DNA from: Balanoglossus misakiensis
Lineage: Eukaryota; Animalia; Hemichordata
Length of the DNA: 64,000 nt
Direction: 5' to 3'
Assembly (NCBI GenBank): GCA_040954595.2
Contig: CM082595.2
Coordinates: 9,351,918 to 9,415,917, forward strand
Shown: piece after piece, positions 1 to 11,862 of the stretch
Layout of the letters: the number at the start of each line of letters is the position of its first letter
Position numbering within the stretch: the stretch's first letter is position 1
Program-made: the position numbers and the translations under genes
Notes under the pieces: model-generated
The model's input: only the letters and a program-made list of their open reading frames with translations
The model's database searches: none
What the model was told of the DNA's origin: nothing

Positions 1-338
1 TTCCTGGAAATTGTCATGTTTTCTCTAAAAGAAATAAGCTGAACTTTTTTATTCAAAGGAAACGTTCAGCAATTTTTTTTCTCCCCAAAATTCAGGTGAA
101 TTTTTCACAGATTCTTTTTTCCCAGAAATTCTGCCGAAATCTACACTAATCACACACTTATTGGAAAGGTGTAACACAAAATATAGACTTTACAAACAAA
201 AATCTAATGTTATACATTTATGAACCTCTTATTCACCAATATTAAATGTTTTCAAAGAGGAAATGTATTATTCACGGACTGGAATTTCGAAATTAGTTTG
301 GAACATGTTTGATGTGTTATAAATTGGTTTATTTTCAG

Positions 339-457
339 ATTTTATGGTGGGCACTTGACAGTAATTGAGGGTTATTCTGAAAATCGTTATGCTGGAGCAG
401 AGATTGTAAACCAGATTGAAGAGACTTCCAATGAAACAGCGAACCATGGTTGGATTG
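339..457 (+). CDS. uif-like exon, C-type lectin domain (middle)
   Basis: ttttcag|...|gtgagt; FYGGHLTVIEGYSENRYAGAEI...HGWIG (CTLD WIG motif); phase 2 to 1. Confidence 0.85.
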
Positions 458-901
458 GTGAGTGTGTCTTTTAACAGTGTTTGTCAGTGTTCCCAAATAA
501 TTTGTGGGTGTATCAAGTGTAAAAAATAACTGGTTTTGGAATTTGACAGTTTACAAGTAAGCACTGCATAGTAACACTTGAATGATAATTGTCTCAAGAT
601 GGTAATTGAAAAGCCTATTTTTTACATCTCAATAACCTCACAAAATCTTGCTATTAAGTGACTCTGTATGCAGTTTTTCATCCAGATGGAGGGATGAGGG
701 AATTCGCCCACTGTCAGCATGTTGGCACCCCCCTAGAAATTTGTCAAGGGGGAAATGGTGCCCCTTACAGACTCAGCGATGTCACTCATTCCCCTCCTTG
801 CAAGAGTGCAACTATTCAAGCAAAGGGGGACATATCCCCCCCCCCCCATCCTGGATGAAACACTGCTGTATGCATCTTCTTTCTTTATTTCCATTTTATA
901 G

Positions 902-1117
902 GATTTAGTGGACCCAATCGAGATGGCAGTGTGGAATATGATTATTCAGATGGCAGGAAAGGTAGTGTCTTTGATGGTCGATGGGCAGACACAGAACCTG
1001 ATGCCTCCACTGGGCAATGTGTGAGGTTAAACCTCTTTGAAAATAATTACCCATTGTATCATGCAAGATGTGATGATGTCAGTCTGTCAATGTGTGAAGT
1101 AGCAGCTTGTGCTGAAG
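902..1117 (+). CDS. uif-like exon, C-type lectin domain (C-terminal part)
   Basis: tttatag|...|gtaagt; WADTEPDASTGQCV...RCDDVSLSMCE (EPD motif, CTLD cysteines). Confidence 0.88.
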
Positions 1118-1231
1118 GTAAGTCTGATTCAAATCAGCTAGAATCTTCCCTTACTCGCATCAGGTCTTTACTTTTCTCGCACTGCTGTAGTCACCTCCCA
1201 ATATATATACTAAGAGAGAGTGTGTGCAAAA

Positions 1232-1512
1232 GAGCGGGAGGGAGAGGCTGGAAGGGGAGAGTGAGAGGGGAGGGAGAGAGAGCTGGAGAGTGACAGGGAG
1301 GGAGGGGAGGGAGGGTGGTAGTGAGGGAGAGGGGGAGAGAGAACTAGAGGGAGAGGGAGGGTAGAGGGGGGTAGGGAGGGAGAGAGAGCTAGAGAGGGGT
1401 GGGAGGGAGGGAGAGGGGCGGGAGAGGGGAGGGAGAGGGGCGGGAGAGGGGAGGGAGAGAGCTAGAGAGGGAGGGGGAGGGGGTGGAAGGGAGGGAAGGA
1501 GAGAGAGTTAGA
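1232..1512 (+). repeat. Polypurine (GA/GGGA) low-complexity tract
   Basis: Almost all G/A with many GGG runs; intronic. Confidence 0.9.
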
Positions 1513-1757
1513 GTCCCCTAAGCAATACAAGATATACTTGGAAGAGCTCACCACTAAAAGTTAAACAAGGGGGATCAGATCATGTGATGTCTCCTTGGGT
1601 GCAGAATGGTGTTATATTTGAAATTCAAAATTGAGGCCAGTTGTCGCTAGATAATTCCACTCATTAATTGTATGGTTATTTGTATGATCATCTCCTTTGC
1701 AACTAAAGACTACTTTTGAACTGTCAGCAGAAAGTCTGATCCTCAAAGAATTTTGTA

Positions 1758-1948
1758 CTGTAAACAGGAAATTTTCGCGAGCGATACATTTTTGCGAACT
1801 ATGCGAGAGCCAAAAAAACGCGAAAATAAACAAGTTGTGTCAAAATGTTTTTCGAAGATAGCAATGCCGTGAAATATGAGGATGCGAAAATCAATCATCG
1901 CATAACAGTTGCCACTTTTGATATCATGAAAAATTTCCTGTTTTACAG
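1758..1948. mobile_element. TA-target MITE (Tc1/mariner-like, CTGTAAA...TTTACAG ends)
   Basis: ta|ctgtaaacaggaaattttcgcga ... aaatttcctgttttacag|ta; related copies at 7240-7445, ~7490-7685, 7919-8125, ~10744-10935, ~31247-31443. Confidence 0.8.
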
Positions 1949-2261
1949 TATGTCATAAATATAAATCAGAAACAAAACTGGGCCAAGTATTTTAAGAATC
2001 TGGCATCTGTCACACTGATAGTTTGAGCTTAGAGAATCATAATATGCGGTTCTTGGAATTTTCGGGTGTGATAAATGTCGTTTCAAAATTTTTACATTTG
2101 ATTTATACTAATACAAACATTGTTTTATACATGTACATTGGATACTCACTGTTGGTGAAGTAATTTTATCATCAATGAAATTTCGTCAACTTGATGAGCT
2201 GAATCTTTATGACCATTCATCACACAAACATACTCTTTCTTTTTATTTTAATGATATTCAG

Positions 2262-2397
2262 GAACATGTGGTGGTTTGGAAACTGGTGAATCGGGGACCT
2301 TTCACAGCACTGGATACCCAGATGATAATTATTACATTCTACAAGAATGTATTTGGACAATCCAGGGACCTGCAACATCCAGAATAAGTGCTCACTT
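2262..2397 (+). CDS. uif-like exon, CUB1 N-half (3' end out of phase)
   Basis: ttcag|; TCGGLETGESGTFHSTGYPDDNYYILQECIWTIQGP; the expected RIVLT is shifted by an extra base and the GT at 2398 is out of phase with the next exon. Confidence 0.8.
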
Positions 2398-2689
2398 GTA
2401 AACTGTCAAATTCCAAAACCAGTTATTTTTTACAGTAAAACTTGCATAAACCACTAACTCTGTCTAATCTGGAAACCTGCCTATACAAAACACCTTTTCC
2501 CGTCCATTCGACATACAAACACTTTAAAAAAAAACAGACACATGTATTAGATTTAAATTCATTTCAACTAAAAAAAAAATAATTTGATTTTTTTCTTCCT
2601 TATAACAAACATGATTTTTGGTAAACTTTTGAATTAAAGGGCCATTATCTATAACTTCAGGCTAGTTTATCAGTAATTTTGTTTTGTGT

Positions 2690-3350
2690 TTATTACACCT
2701 CACGTATTATACCGTTTTCGTGATTGGCTGAGACGCGCTCACGTGATATAGAAAAAAAAGTGATATAACATGGCTAGAGTTGATAAAGCCCTGTCGCGTG
2801 CGCTGATATTGCCCACTTGGTTGTTTTGGTGTTCTGGGCACGACTTCTGCGCGTTCCAAACTGTCGTTCAATGGCTTCCTTCACGATCAGTCAACTCCCG
2901 CATCTATATGGCTTCAAAGCGACACACAGGCTTAACACCTGTTCTACTGGATGATATTTTACTGCAAACGGGCAGTAAATACACCAAAATCGCAACCAAC
3001 AGCGCAGTATTTTCAAAATAATCTAAGTTCGAAGTAGGTATCGTATAATTCTTGGGAGATCGAGACATTTTACATTCTCAGCAACGTACGACATATGGAC
3101 GCGAGTCTACATGCTACATGCTGCAGTGTATGTACGTTCAAATGTTCGGCGTAATAAAATTAATAACACATTATGCTCGGGCAACATCACGATTTGAAGC
3201 CTGCCCTCGGGCTGGTGATCTCTGACCAAAATATTGATGATACCCTCGCCTGCGGCTCGGGCATCATCAATATTATGGTCAGAGATCACCATCCCTCATG
3301 CAGGCTTCAAATCGTGATATTGCCCTCGCTATCATGTGTTATTATTTAAA
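2690..3350. mobile_element. Non-autonomous element with a long terminal hairpin (Crypton-like; classification tentative)
   Basis: ~185-bp imperfect palindrome at 3161-3345 with loop ctcgcctgcggctcg; same layout as 56064-56375. Confidence 0.55.
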
Positions 3351-3709
3351 TTAAACACTTTTTCTTGTTCCTCTCCTCATGAGTAACCCATCACACCCAG
3401 CTCTCTGCTTGTCAACGAGTCATGTGTATGTGTACTGACTGTTGTTATTATTTACGAATGTTTTCAAACAACAACAATGCCGATTGTGCCCTCATAGGTT
3501 TCGTTGAGAAGTTAAGACTATGGATTTAACTCTGCCCTGCGTAGCTGAACAAGAAACTATAATTGATACACAGAATAGAAATACTGAAAAATGCAAAAAG
3601 TTACAGCTAATGGGGCTTAAGTCATGAAACTGTGTTTATTTTCATGTATATTGGCTTGAGACAGCTCACTATTTATGATGTGTGTTGTGACATTTTTTAT
3701 TCTTTTCAG

Positions 3710-3911
3710 TTTCTACATTTTGACACTGAACTTTATCATGATACTGTTGTCATTGTCGAGGTGTCTGTGTTTGACCCATCCAAAGTTCTTGCCACATACA
3801 GTGGACCGGACCAGCCTGATGAAGTTATTAGCAGTGGTAATGCAATGTTGGTGAAATTTCTCTCAGATAGTTCGCATACTGCTACTGGCTTTGAAGCATC
3901 TTGGCAAGCAG
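3710..3911 (+). CDS. uif-like exon, CUB1 C-half
   Basis: ttttcag|...|gtaata; FLHFDTELYHD...ISSGNAMLVKFLSDSSHTATGFEASW. Confidence 0.9.
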
Positions 3912-4205
3912 GTAATACCAAGTTTTATACATAATGTAAAACTGGAAATTTTCGCAAACGATAAATTTTTCGCGAACTACACATAAACTTTGCATGTGTG
4001 GACACAAGGCAACTAAAAGCATTAATGCTCTGTGTTTACCTTAGGCAAATAGTGTCTCTGAAACGTTTCGAATTTTACCCTACGTGAACCTGGTATAACA
4101 TTATAGATTGCACATGTAGGCAATATTTGCCCTACCTCGACTGTGATCTTGCTGATGTCCTGTTTGTGAAGTGTTTCTGTTAAGATGACTTCTTCTTTCT
4201 TTCAG

Positions 4206-4357
4206 TGTATTCTTTGTGTGGTGGGAATTTCATAGCACAGTCATATAAACAGAATCTCAGCAGTACAGAATATTTTGAAGGCAAGAATTATCTCAACAAT
4301 GAAGATTGTAACTGACAGCTGGCATCATTCACAACAGAATTTGTTGTCACTTTACAG
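4206..4357 (+). CDS. uif-like exon, CUB2 N-half with premature stop
   Basis: ttcag|...|gtagtg; LCGGNFIA...YLNNEDCN*QL...VVTLQ; TGA at 4313-4315 where CUB has the conserved Trp. Confidence 0.85.
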
Positions 4358-4726
4358 GTAGTGGATTCAGATGCAATTAATCGTGTGAGTTGTTTTACAG
4401 CATGACAAAAATTAGTAATTATATTTTTAAAAATACATTTTATTTTTGTCATTTCTGGTCAATTCTCAGTAGTCACTTTTCCGATTTCTTAAAATTTGGT
4501 TTACAAGGACCTACAATATTTGTTATTATGGTGTACATAAACATGTGACAAATATCAATACTGGGGAGGAGGGGGGTGGGTAGTTTTAGACATTTTTGGT
4601 CCAAAAGTCCACTTATGTCAGAAACGGCTCTTCCAGTTGTTTTGGATTTTGGTTTATTGGGATGTGAAAATATTCTTTATCAGATGTATTCTTATATTAC
4701 CTCATCAATGCTAAAGGTGTCCTTAT

Positions 4727-5006
4727 AGGGACGAAGTCTCTCTCTCTCGCTGCCCTTTTCCCATTAATTATGTTTGATACAAGACACCGTTTATGTTATT
4801 CTACATGAGGATATATAGTGAATCAACATTCGACCACACACACCTTCCATCCCATTTTTAGGATATGAGAGTAAAAATCTCGCCCAAAATGAAGCGGGAT
4901 GGAATGTTGATTCACTATATATCCACATCTAGAATAACATAAACGATAATCAAACGATAATTAATGGAAAAGGGGCAGCGAGAGAGAGAGAGACTTTGCC
5001 CTTTAA
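4727..5006. mobile_element. TTAA-target MITE family A (Kolobok/piggyBac-like), foldback
   Basis: agggac(g/a)aagtctctctctcgctgccc ... gggcagcgagagagagactttg-ccctttaa; long internal inverted arms. Confidence 0.8.
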
Positions 5007-5117
5007 TGGTTTTGTGTAGGAAATTGTGATCACTATGATTGTACGGTATGTCACATTTAAATGTACATATCAAATAGGAGCAAAGTGTCTTTGATGCTAT
5101 TTTTTATATCTTTTCCG

Positions 5118-5319
5118 TTTATCTCCTTTGCAACAGAAGATGGGGCTGATCAAGTGTCTGTATACGATGGCGCTGAACTGAATCCTGCCCTCAGACTTGC
5201 TTTATTTTCTGGGATGGAGTTACCCAATGTCATCATATCTTCCAAAAGTATGATGAGAGTTGACATTAAGAGTGATGATGCAGTTACAATGAGAGGTTTT
5301 CATGTACATTACTGGGCAG
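5118..5319 (+). CDS. uif-like exon, CUB2 C-half (acceptor mutated)
   Basis: FISFATEDGADQVSVYDG...IKSDDAVTMRGFHVHYWA|gtaggt; preceded by ttttccg instead of ttttcag. Confidence 0.85.
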
Positions 5320-5404
5320 GTAGGTAACGCATTCAAATTGATCAAGACGTTGTTGGAATGAAGAGGCAATCAAGGATTCATGATGCAAGAGAACAATGTT
5401 TTAA

Positions 5405-5753
5405 AGGGACAAACACTCTCTCTCGCTACCCTTTTTCCAGGAATTATGATGATACAATACAGCGTTTATGTTATTCTACATGTGGATATATATTGAAACA
5501 ACGTTTGACCACAAACAACTTCCATCCCACTTGTAGACACAAGAGTGAAAAAACTCGCCAAAATGAATAATTGGTCTCTACCGTTTATTCATTTTGGCAA
5601 TATTTTTACTCTCATATCCTACAAACGGGATGGAAGTTGTGCGTGGTTGAATGTTGATTCACTATATATCCACATGTAGAATAACATAAACAGTGTCTTG
5701 TATCAAACATAGTTAATGGAAAAAGGGCAGCGAGTGAGAGAAACTTTGTCCCT
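5405..5753. mobile_element. TTAA-target MITE family A
   Basis: TTAA at 5401-5404 and 5754-5757; TIR agggacaaa/tttgtccct. Confidence 0.85.
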
Positions 5754-6132
5754 TTAAATCACTTAAAATCATTCCCAAAGAATTTCAACCCAGTAAGAAT
5801 TGTAAGGATCACAGATCTATCTTCTTTTGCCATTCTTTCTGGAAGTTTATAATATAAGCTAATCTGATACTGGGTCATTATGGAACTTTTTAACAGAAAA
5901 AATAACAAAATGTGAAAAAAGTTAAATGAGTTTAATTTGATAACTACATGTATAACGACAGAAAGGTTTGACCTAAGGAAGTCATATACAGTTAACAGTC
6001 ATTTCTTCTGTCGCGTACGACTTTTTATCCAGAAGGCAATTATTATGTGATTTGATCCCCTAGCACAAAATAAAAGGCAGCCAGGATTACACCAAACCTG
6101 TGGATTGAATTCATTATTCCTTGTTTGGTATT

Positions 6133-6880
6133 TTTAGCTTGGCTGTCACTTGTGTCAGCCAAGCTGTAGCAGTAGGTTGATAAGTGTCCGTCTGTCGTCC
6201 GGCGTCCGTTGTCCGTCGTCCGTCAACTTTCGGTATTTCAATCTTCTTCGTTAAAACGACATTGCATATTTAGCTATAATTTGGTAGGAATGTGTGTTAT
6301 GGTGCCCCTACCTGATTTTGTAAATTTGGATTTGATGGGGTCATAAATATGCAAATTAGATCTAAAATAGAATGTTGGTCAAACATTTTCTTCTCCCTAA
6401 CTACATGTACGATGGAGCTGAAATTTGGCAGGAATGTGTGTTATGGTGCCCCTACCTGATTTTATAAATTTGGATATGATCGGGTCATGAATATGCAAAT
6501 TAGATCTAAAAATATAATTTTTGGTAAAAAATCTTCTTCTCCCTAACTACATGTACGATGGAGCTGAAATTTGGTAGAATGTGTGTTATGGTGCCCCTAC
6601 CTGATTTTGTTTTATTGGAATTTTGATCGGGTCATGAATATGCAAATTAGTACCTTGGTACTTCCTTTTGATGTTGTTCTTTAGGAATAAATTCTTTCTT
6701 TCTTTAGCACAATGAATCAGGCTGAATGTGGATATTAAATACTTGTGATGTCTATGTTTGGTTTTGTTTAATAGAATACAATTGTTATGATTAAAACCTA
6801 GGGTATTCATATCATTGCCCAGCTATAGGTTTCACTGTTAAAGTCAGCAGAGCTCTTTTGACCGATAGGTCACTTGTTTC
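6133..6880 (+). mobile_element. Helentron-associated non-autonomous element (HINE/DINE-1-like)
   Basis: 5' ttttagcttggctg..cagccaagct hairpin, (cgtc)n microsatellite, three ~144-bp internal repeats, 3' small hairpin followed by a T-rich end. Confidence 0.65.
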
Positions 6881-6887
6881 TTTAAAG

Positions 6888-7072
6888 GTTGCCAGGGAAT
6901 TGAAATTCTGCGTAGTTTTGGCACGATTCAGTCACCAGGGTATGATGTTAGCACTTACCCTGATGATGTTATGTGTAGCTGGTTAATCAAGGAACCAACT
7001 GGAAGACCATTAACTCTTATCTTTGATGAGAACTTTGGATTAGAGAGGAACACAGATGTTGATTACATCATT
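6888..7072 (+). CDS. uif-like exon, CUB3 N-half
   Basis: tttaaag|...|gtgagt; CQGIEILRSFGTIQSPGYDVSTYPDDVMCSWLI...FGLE...DYII. Confidence 0.88.
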
Positions 7073-7725
7073 GTGAGTATCAGATATGATCATGAGTCAG
7101 CCATGTTAAAAATATTTGTCATATTAAAAAATTTGTCATATTATTTTGCAGTGATTTTAGTTTGACAATTTTGGCAGACATTACTTCAAACTATACAACT
7201 TTGGAACACAATTTGGAAATTTAATTAATCACATATATACTGTAAAACGGGATACTTTTGCAACATGAAATTTTCGCGTTATCAAAAGAGGCAAGTGTTA
7301 TGCAACAATAACTTTTCACGTTCTTGTATTTCACTGCATCATTATCCCCGAAAAACATTTTTACGCAACTTTTTATTTTCATGTTTTGATGGCTCTCACG
7401 TAGATCGCGAAAATTTATTGTTTGCGAACATTTCCCATTTTACAGTATGTTGAGTAGCTGTTACAGCAGGAAATGCAACAAGGATTGAATACTATAAAAT
7501 TTTCGTGAACGATAAATTTTCGTAAACTATGTGAGAGCCAAAAAATATGAAAATAAAAAGTCGCTTAAAATGCTTCAGAGATAACAATGCAGTAAAATAT
7601 GCCAATGTGAAAATTAATTGTCGCGTAACAGTAGCCACCTTTGATATCGCGAAAATTTCCTGTTGTGAAGATTTCCCGTTTTACGGTATTTACAATGCAT
7701 GCTTAATTTGTCTTTGTTTCTGAAG

Positions 7726-7909
7726 GTATACAATGGTACTGAGAGTGATGATGATGTCATTATTGGTCCATGGAGTGGCAATTCTGATGGAGTCATTGAT
7801 GGCACTGTGCCACCACCCGATTGCCGTACAGACATTGGACACTTTTCGGTTGTGTTCAGGAGTAGTAGAACACGACCAGCTAAAGGATTCAGGGCTTCAT
7901 TTTCACCAG
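7726..7909 (+). CDS. uif-like exon, CUB3 C-half
   Basis: ctgaag|...|gtacac; VYNG...GHFSVVFRSSRTRPAKGFRASFSP. Confidence 0.88.
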
Positions 7910-8645
7910 GTACACATACTGTAAAACACTTTATTTTCACGAGTTGAAATTTTTCGCGACATCGAGAGAGGCCACTGTTTCGCCAGTGTTAATTTTCGCG
8001 TTCTCTTATTTCATTCATTGCATCTTTATCTTCAAAAAAATTACGCAACTTTTTATTTTCACGCTATTTTGGCTCTCGCGTATTTCGCGAAAATCTCTTG
8101 CTCGCGAAAATAAAGTGTTTTACAGTAACTTACTAACATTTCAGAAAAAGTTGTTACAGAATTCTTAGAAACACACTCTCCCTTTATTCCTTGTGATTTA
8201 GAGTCATTAATTGAAAGGTGCAAATGTTTTTGAATTTTTACGAAACTTCAAAGAGCTGGAAAAACAGAGACAGTAATTTCTTACAATTGCAATGCAATTT
8301 TGGACCATTGACAGGAATGGCAACACTCTTGTATCACACTCAATAAAGTGATGGGGTCGTCGCACTGCGTTTGTTTGTTTATAAACATTGCAATTCATCC
8401 ACAAATCCCTGAAATTAGACAGCCACGACCTACTAGGATCTTCAGTTGCTGTCATGGACAGTCTAGGATACTGTCAGCTGCTTCGTTCATTCTAAGAATT
8501 ATCTTATTTGAGGGATTTGTGGATGAATTGTAATGTTTATAAACAAAAGCATTGCGACGACCCCTTCACTTTAAAACAACTGACATTTATGAGTTTAAGT
8601 ATTTGTCTGCATGCATTCTTATCATTGTGATCCTTGCTCTGACAG

Positions 8646-8747
8646 ACTGTCCCGAAATTGTGATTAGTGAGGGCGTGGTGACCAGTACAGAGATAGAAGG
8701 TATGATGTCTCTGTCTCATTCCAATGCTCGGACGGTTATCCAGTAGT
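8646..8747 (+). CDS. uif-like exon, Sushi 1 (frameshifted, then cut by a MITE)
   Basis: gacag|DCPEIVISEGVVTSTE continues in another frame as RYDVSVSFQCSDGY; ttaaaggggatgtccgg MITE end begins at 8748. Confidence 0.75.
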
Positions 8748-8945
8748 TAAAGGGGATGTCCGGTCTAGCTGATATCTACATAATTTTGTAGCTTTGAGGT
8801 CACTCTTTCAGGAAAAAAAAAAAACATTTTCGCCGTGTATAAGTCGTACCAGCTATGCAAATATGCCTAGCCTGGTGTCTTGTATCCAAGATAATTAATG
8901 AAAAAAGTGCAGTGATGAGAGAGACTTAATTTGTCTCTTGAATCT
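8748..8945. mobile_element. TTAA-target MITE fragments interrupting the Sushi 1 exon
   Basis: Start matches the element at 12374-12488 (ttaaaggggaagtc...gacttcccttttaa); the 3' part resembles the right arm of family A. Confidence 0.65.
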
Positions 8946-8993
8946 ATTGTTAGCAAAAACTTGAATGACACTAATTTGTTGTTTATTTTTTAG

Positions 8994-9173
8994 GAATAAC
9001 ATGTGGTGGACCCCCTGAGTGCAGCAATGGAATTCTTACCAATGTTACCAGTACAGTGTATGGTGGCATTGCTTATTATCAATGCATTGAGGGCTATCAG
9101 TTTATAAATAATGTGTCTTCATTGGAATGCCAAGCAGATGGTGTCTGGGGTCCACTTGTGCCCCAATGCGAGC
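8994..9173 (+). CDS. uif-like exon, Sushi 2
   Basis: ttttag|...|gtaagt; ITCGGPPECSNG...YQCIEGYQF...LECQADGVWGPLVPQCE. Confidence 0.9.
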
Positions 9174-9874
9174 GTAAGTTGATATTTTTGAAAACAATTA
9201 AACTGCCATTGTAGTGCACACTTAGGAGACGGATTTTCAGAAAAATGTTAGTCCTCTGAACCTTTCAGTGCTTTACAGCCACTAGAGCTGCCACTTTTTG
9301 CATTTATTTTCAGATTTTATTTTCCGACGTAGATTGGTACATTGAAATAATTAAGCTTACTGATAGGGATACAAGAACATGTCATCAATGCCTGATTGTG
9401 GCTGTATGTTGCAATTTAAACGTGCAATGTATTAAACAGGTGCCGTACCCATTTTATTAAAATCAGCCTCCATACAAACAGTATGCAGCTAGCTATCGTG
9501 GTATGCATCACCATAGATTTGAAAGGTTTTACTGTGGAAAAGAAAAAAATTGTGAAATTTGGCAGCTCTAGAGGCTTTAAAGTGTGTGATGAGTCGTTTT
9601 GAAAACAAAGTATAACACAGGGTGTTCACTGTCATGTTTTCATAAAAATCTCTGACTCAAGTTGAAATTCTCTCCATAGCGTTATGATGGGGCACTTTGT
9701 GCTGGTTGCTACATTCCACATGGGTGTCTAATTGGGACATTACACACTGAATGTTAAACCAGACACTGGTAACTTGAAAATATGCAGGATTGTGAGGGTT
9801 ACTGCATGTCCCTTTAAACCATTTTCCTAGTATTAACACACTTGTAATGTTATCTGTTCATCTTATCCAAACAG

Positions 9875-10057
9875 CTCGCGAGTGTCCACCACCGAATGTA
9901 GACAACTACTTATCATATGAAATTGTTAATGGTGATTCATTGATTTTTGGAACAACCGTTGCCTACTCATGTCCATCTGGCTACAGTCTGACTGGCTACA
10001 CTGTCTCTACATGTGGTGAAGATGGATCATGGATTGGAGATCCAGGATACTGTCAAC
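9875..10057 (+). CDS. uif-like exon, Sushi 3
   Basis: aaacag|...|gtaagt; ECPPP...FGTTVAYSCPSGYSLTG...CGEDGSWIGDPGYCQ. Confidence 0.92.
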
Positions 10058-10367
10058 GTAAGTCATTTAAGGATGTACATTCAGTAAAATTGAAAATATG
10101 GTCATTTCTTTTAATTGTTAATTTTTGGATTATCCTATGTATGTATAATGAAAATTTGTGATAAAATATAGGGGTCACCACGCTTGTTTTTGAAATACAG
10201 AGTCATGAATTTAGTCGATAATTGAAAAAAAGGAGTCAATGGTATCTGGACTTTTATAGTGGGAACTTGGGGTGAAAATGTTAAAGTTGTGACAGAATAC
10301 AGATACCCAATATATATACCACAATCAAGTCTGCATCCACATAGTGTTTTATTTTTTTTACTTGCAG

Positions 10368-10550
10368 GATTGAACTGCAGTGATATACTCATAACAGACC
10401 CACATCTACAAGCTGTCCCTGATAGTGGACCATATTATATGGGCAGTAACATCACATTCTATTGTAATGCTGGCTATGAATTAAATGGTGCTGATTACCT
10501 GACTTGTCAATCCGATTTACAGTGGAATAGTGCAATACCATCATGCATTG
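10368..10550 (+). CDS. uif-like exon, Sushi 4
   Basis: ttgcag|...|gtaagt; LNC...GSNITFYCNAGYELNGADYLTCQSDLQWNSAIPSCI. Confidence 0.92.
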
Positions 10551-11026
10551 GTAAGTTCACATCAAGATTGGTCTTCATGTGGTTGTCTGCTTATGAGGTA
10601 CCGTAATCGATCACTCCAGTAATTTGACTATTTATCATAAATGTCACCTAAACTACATGCTGATAGGACATACAGTTCATGCCATGCAAATCTATGGCTG
10701 TCAGAAATTTCATGATTTTCGTAATTTTATTTTTCATTGATTACTGTAAAACAGGAAATTTTCGCGACAAAGAAATTTTTTGCGATATCAAAAGCAGAAA
10801 CTGTTATGAGACGATTAATTTTCATGTTCTCGTATTTCACTACATTGTTATCACTGAAAATAGTTTTTTACGCAAAAATTTCTTTTTTTTTTGGCTCTTG
10901 CATAGTTCGCGAAAATTTGTTTGAAAAATTTCCTGTTGGTCTGGTGGTTCCCAGCTAAACTTGTTGGTCTGAATTTACCAGCGGACCTGTAGGATTTTGA
11001 TCATATCTTGATGAATAACATTTCAG

Positions 11027-11155
11027 ATATCAATGAATGTAGTACATTGGTGGCACGGTGTGGAATCAATCAAGTCTGTGAAAATAGAGATGGTGACTAT
11101 CAGTGTGCATGTTTGGTGGGATTTGAACCAGATGTGAATGGAACAGCATGCAAAG
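11027..11155 (+). CDS. uif-like exon, calcium-binding EGF 1
   Basis: tttcag|...|gtgaga; DINECSTLVARCGINQVCENRDGDYQCACLVGFEPDVNGTACK. Confidence 0.92.
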
Positions 11156-11269
11156 GTGAGACATAAACAAGTCACTTGCAACATAACTTCAAGTCACTAT
11201 TTTCACATTTAACACATTCCGAACTTATTTCAGAATTCCGGATAAATTTTTGGAATGACCTTTTAATCT

Positions 11270-11630
11270 CAGGTGTCTTTTTCTCATAGGATTACATTGA
11301 TAATTGCTAGAAAACAAACTTCTACTATTGTCATTTTCACGAAATTTTACACATAGCTCAGTCTAGTAAATATAAATTCATTGGTCAAATAAAATTGTGT
11401 GATTACAATGCTCTATTTTGAGATAAATTTCTTTAAGGTTTTTGTCCATAGACAAACCATTGGTGAACCATGCTGAGTCAGCAGGTTTCTTCTATTATCA
11501 ACTAAATTAATGGCCTTGTATTTCAAAAGCAAGCAAGGTGACGCCTTTATTTTATCACAGATTCATCTTGTACGTACACAAGATAATCCCAAAATTCACG
11601 ATTAAAAGAAATGACAATACTTTCAATTTT
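11270..11630. mobile_element. Dispersed MITE-like repeat (family B)
   Basis: ctactattgtc.ttttcacgaaattttacacata motif also at ~51510-51860 and inverted at ~61435-61750. Confidence 0.7.
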
Positions 11631-11676
11631 ACTGAACGTACATTGTTTTAATCCAATCCATGTTCCTTCTTTGTAG

Positions 11677-11862
11677 ATATAAATGAATGTGCTTCACATT
11701 CTTGTGATCAACTTTGTAAAAACACTGCAGGTGGTTTTCAATGTTCCTGTGAAGAAGGCTATCTCTTATATGCAAATAACGGCACAGGTGGATTCTATCT
11801 GCCACCTGGAGAAACTGGTCTCTCAATGTATGATGTCTACACTTTTAACCAATCATGTGTTC
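11677..11862 (+). CDS. uif-like exon, calcium-binding EGF 2 with long loop
   Basis: ttgtag|...|gtaagt; DINECASHSCDQLCKNTAGGFQCSCEEGYLLYANNGTGGFYLPPGETGLSMYDVYTFNQSCV. Confidence 0.92.

Larger units (their letters stand above)
339..11862 (+). pseudogene. uif: Uninflatable (Uif)-like multidomain protein gene: CTLD-3xCUB-4xSushi-2xEGF_Ca; 5' end outside the window, 3' truncated, disabled
   Basis: 14 exons, mostly with AG/GT ends and compatible phases. The last exon reads CSCEEGYLLYANNGTGGFYLPPGETGLSMYDVYTFNQSCV, the long-loop EGF I recall from Uif orthologs. Lesions: in-frame TGA 4313-4315, acceptor AG>CG at 5116-5117, phase break at ~2385-2397, frameshift plus MITE insertion in the exon starting 8646. 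Confidence 0.75.

Noticed and set aside
4313-4315. In-frame TGA as selenocysteine or programmed readthrough
   Set aside because: It sits at a conserved Trp position (TGG>TGA) and the gene has other independent lesions
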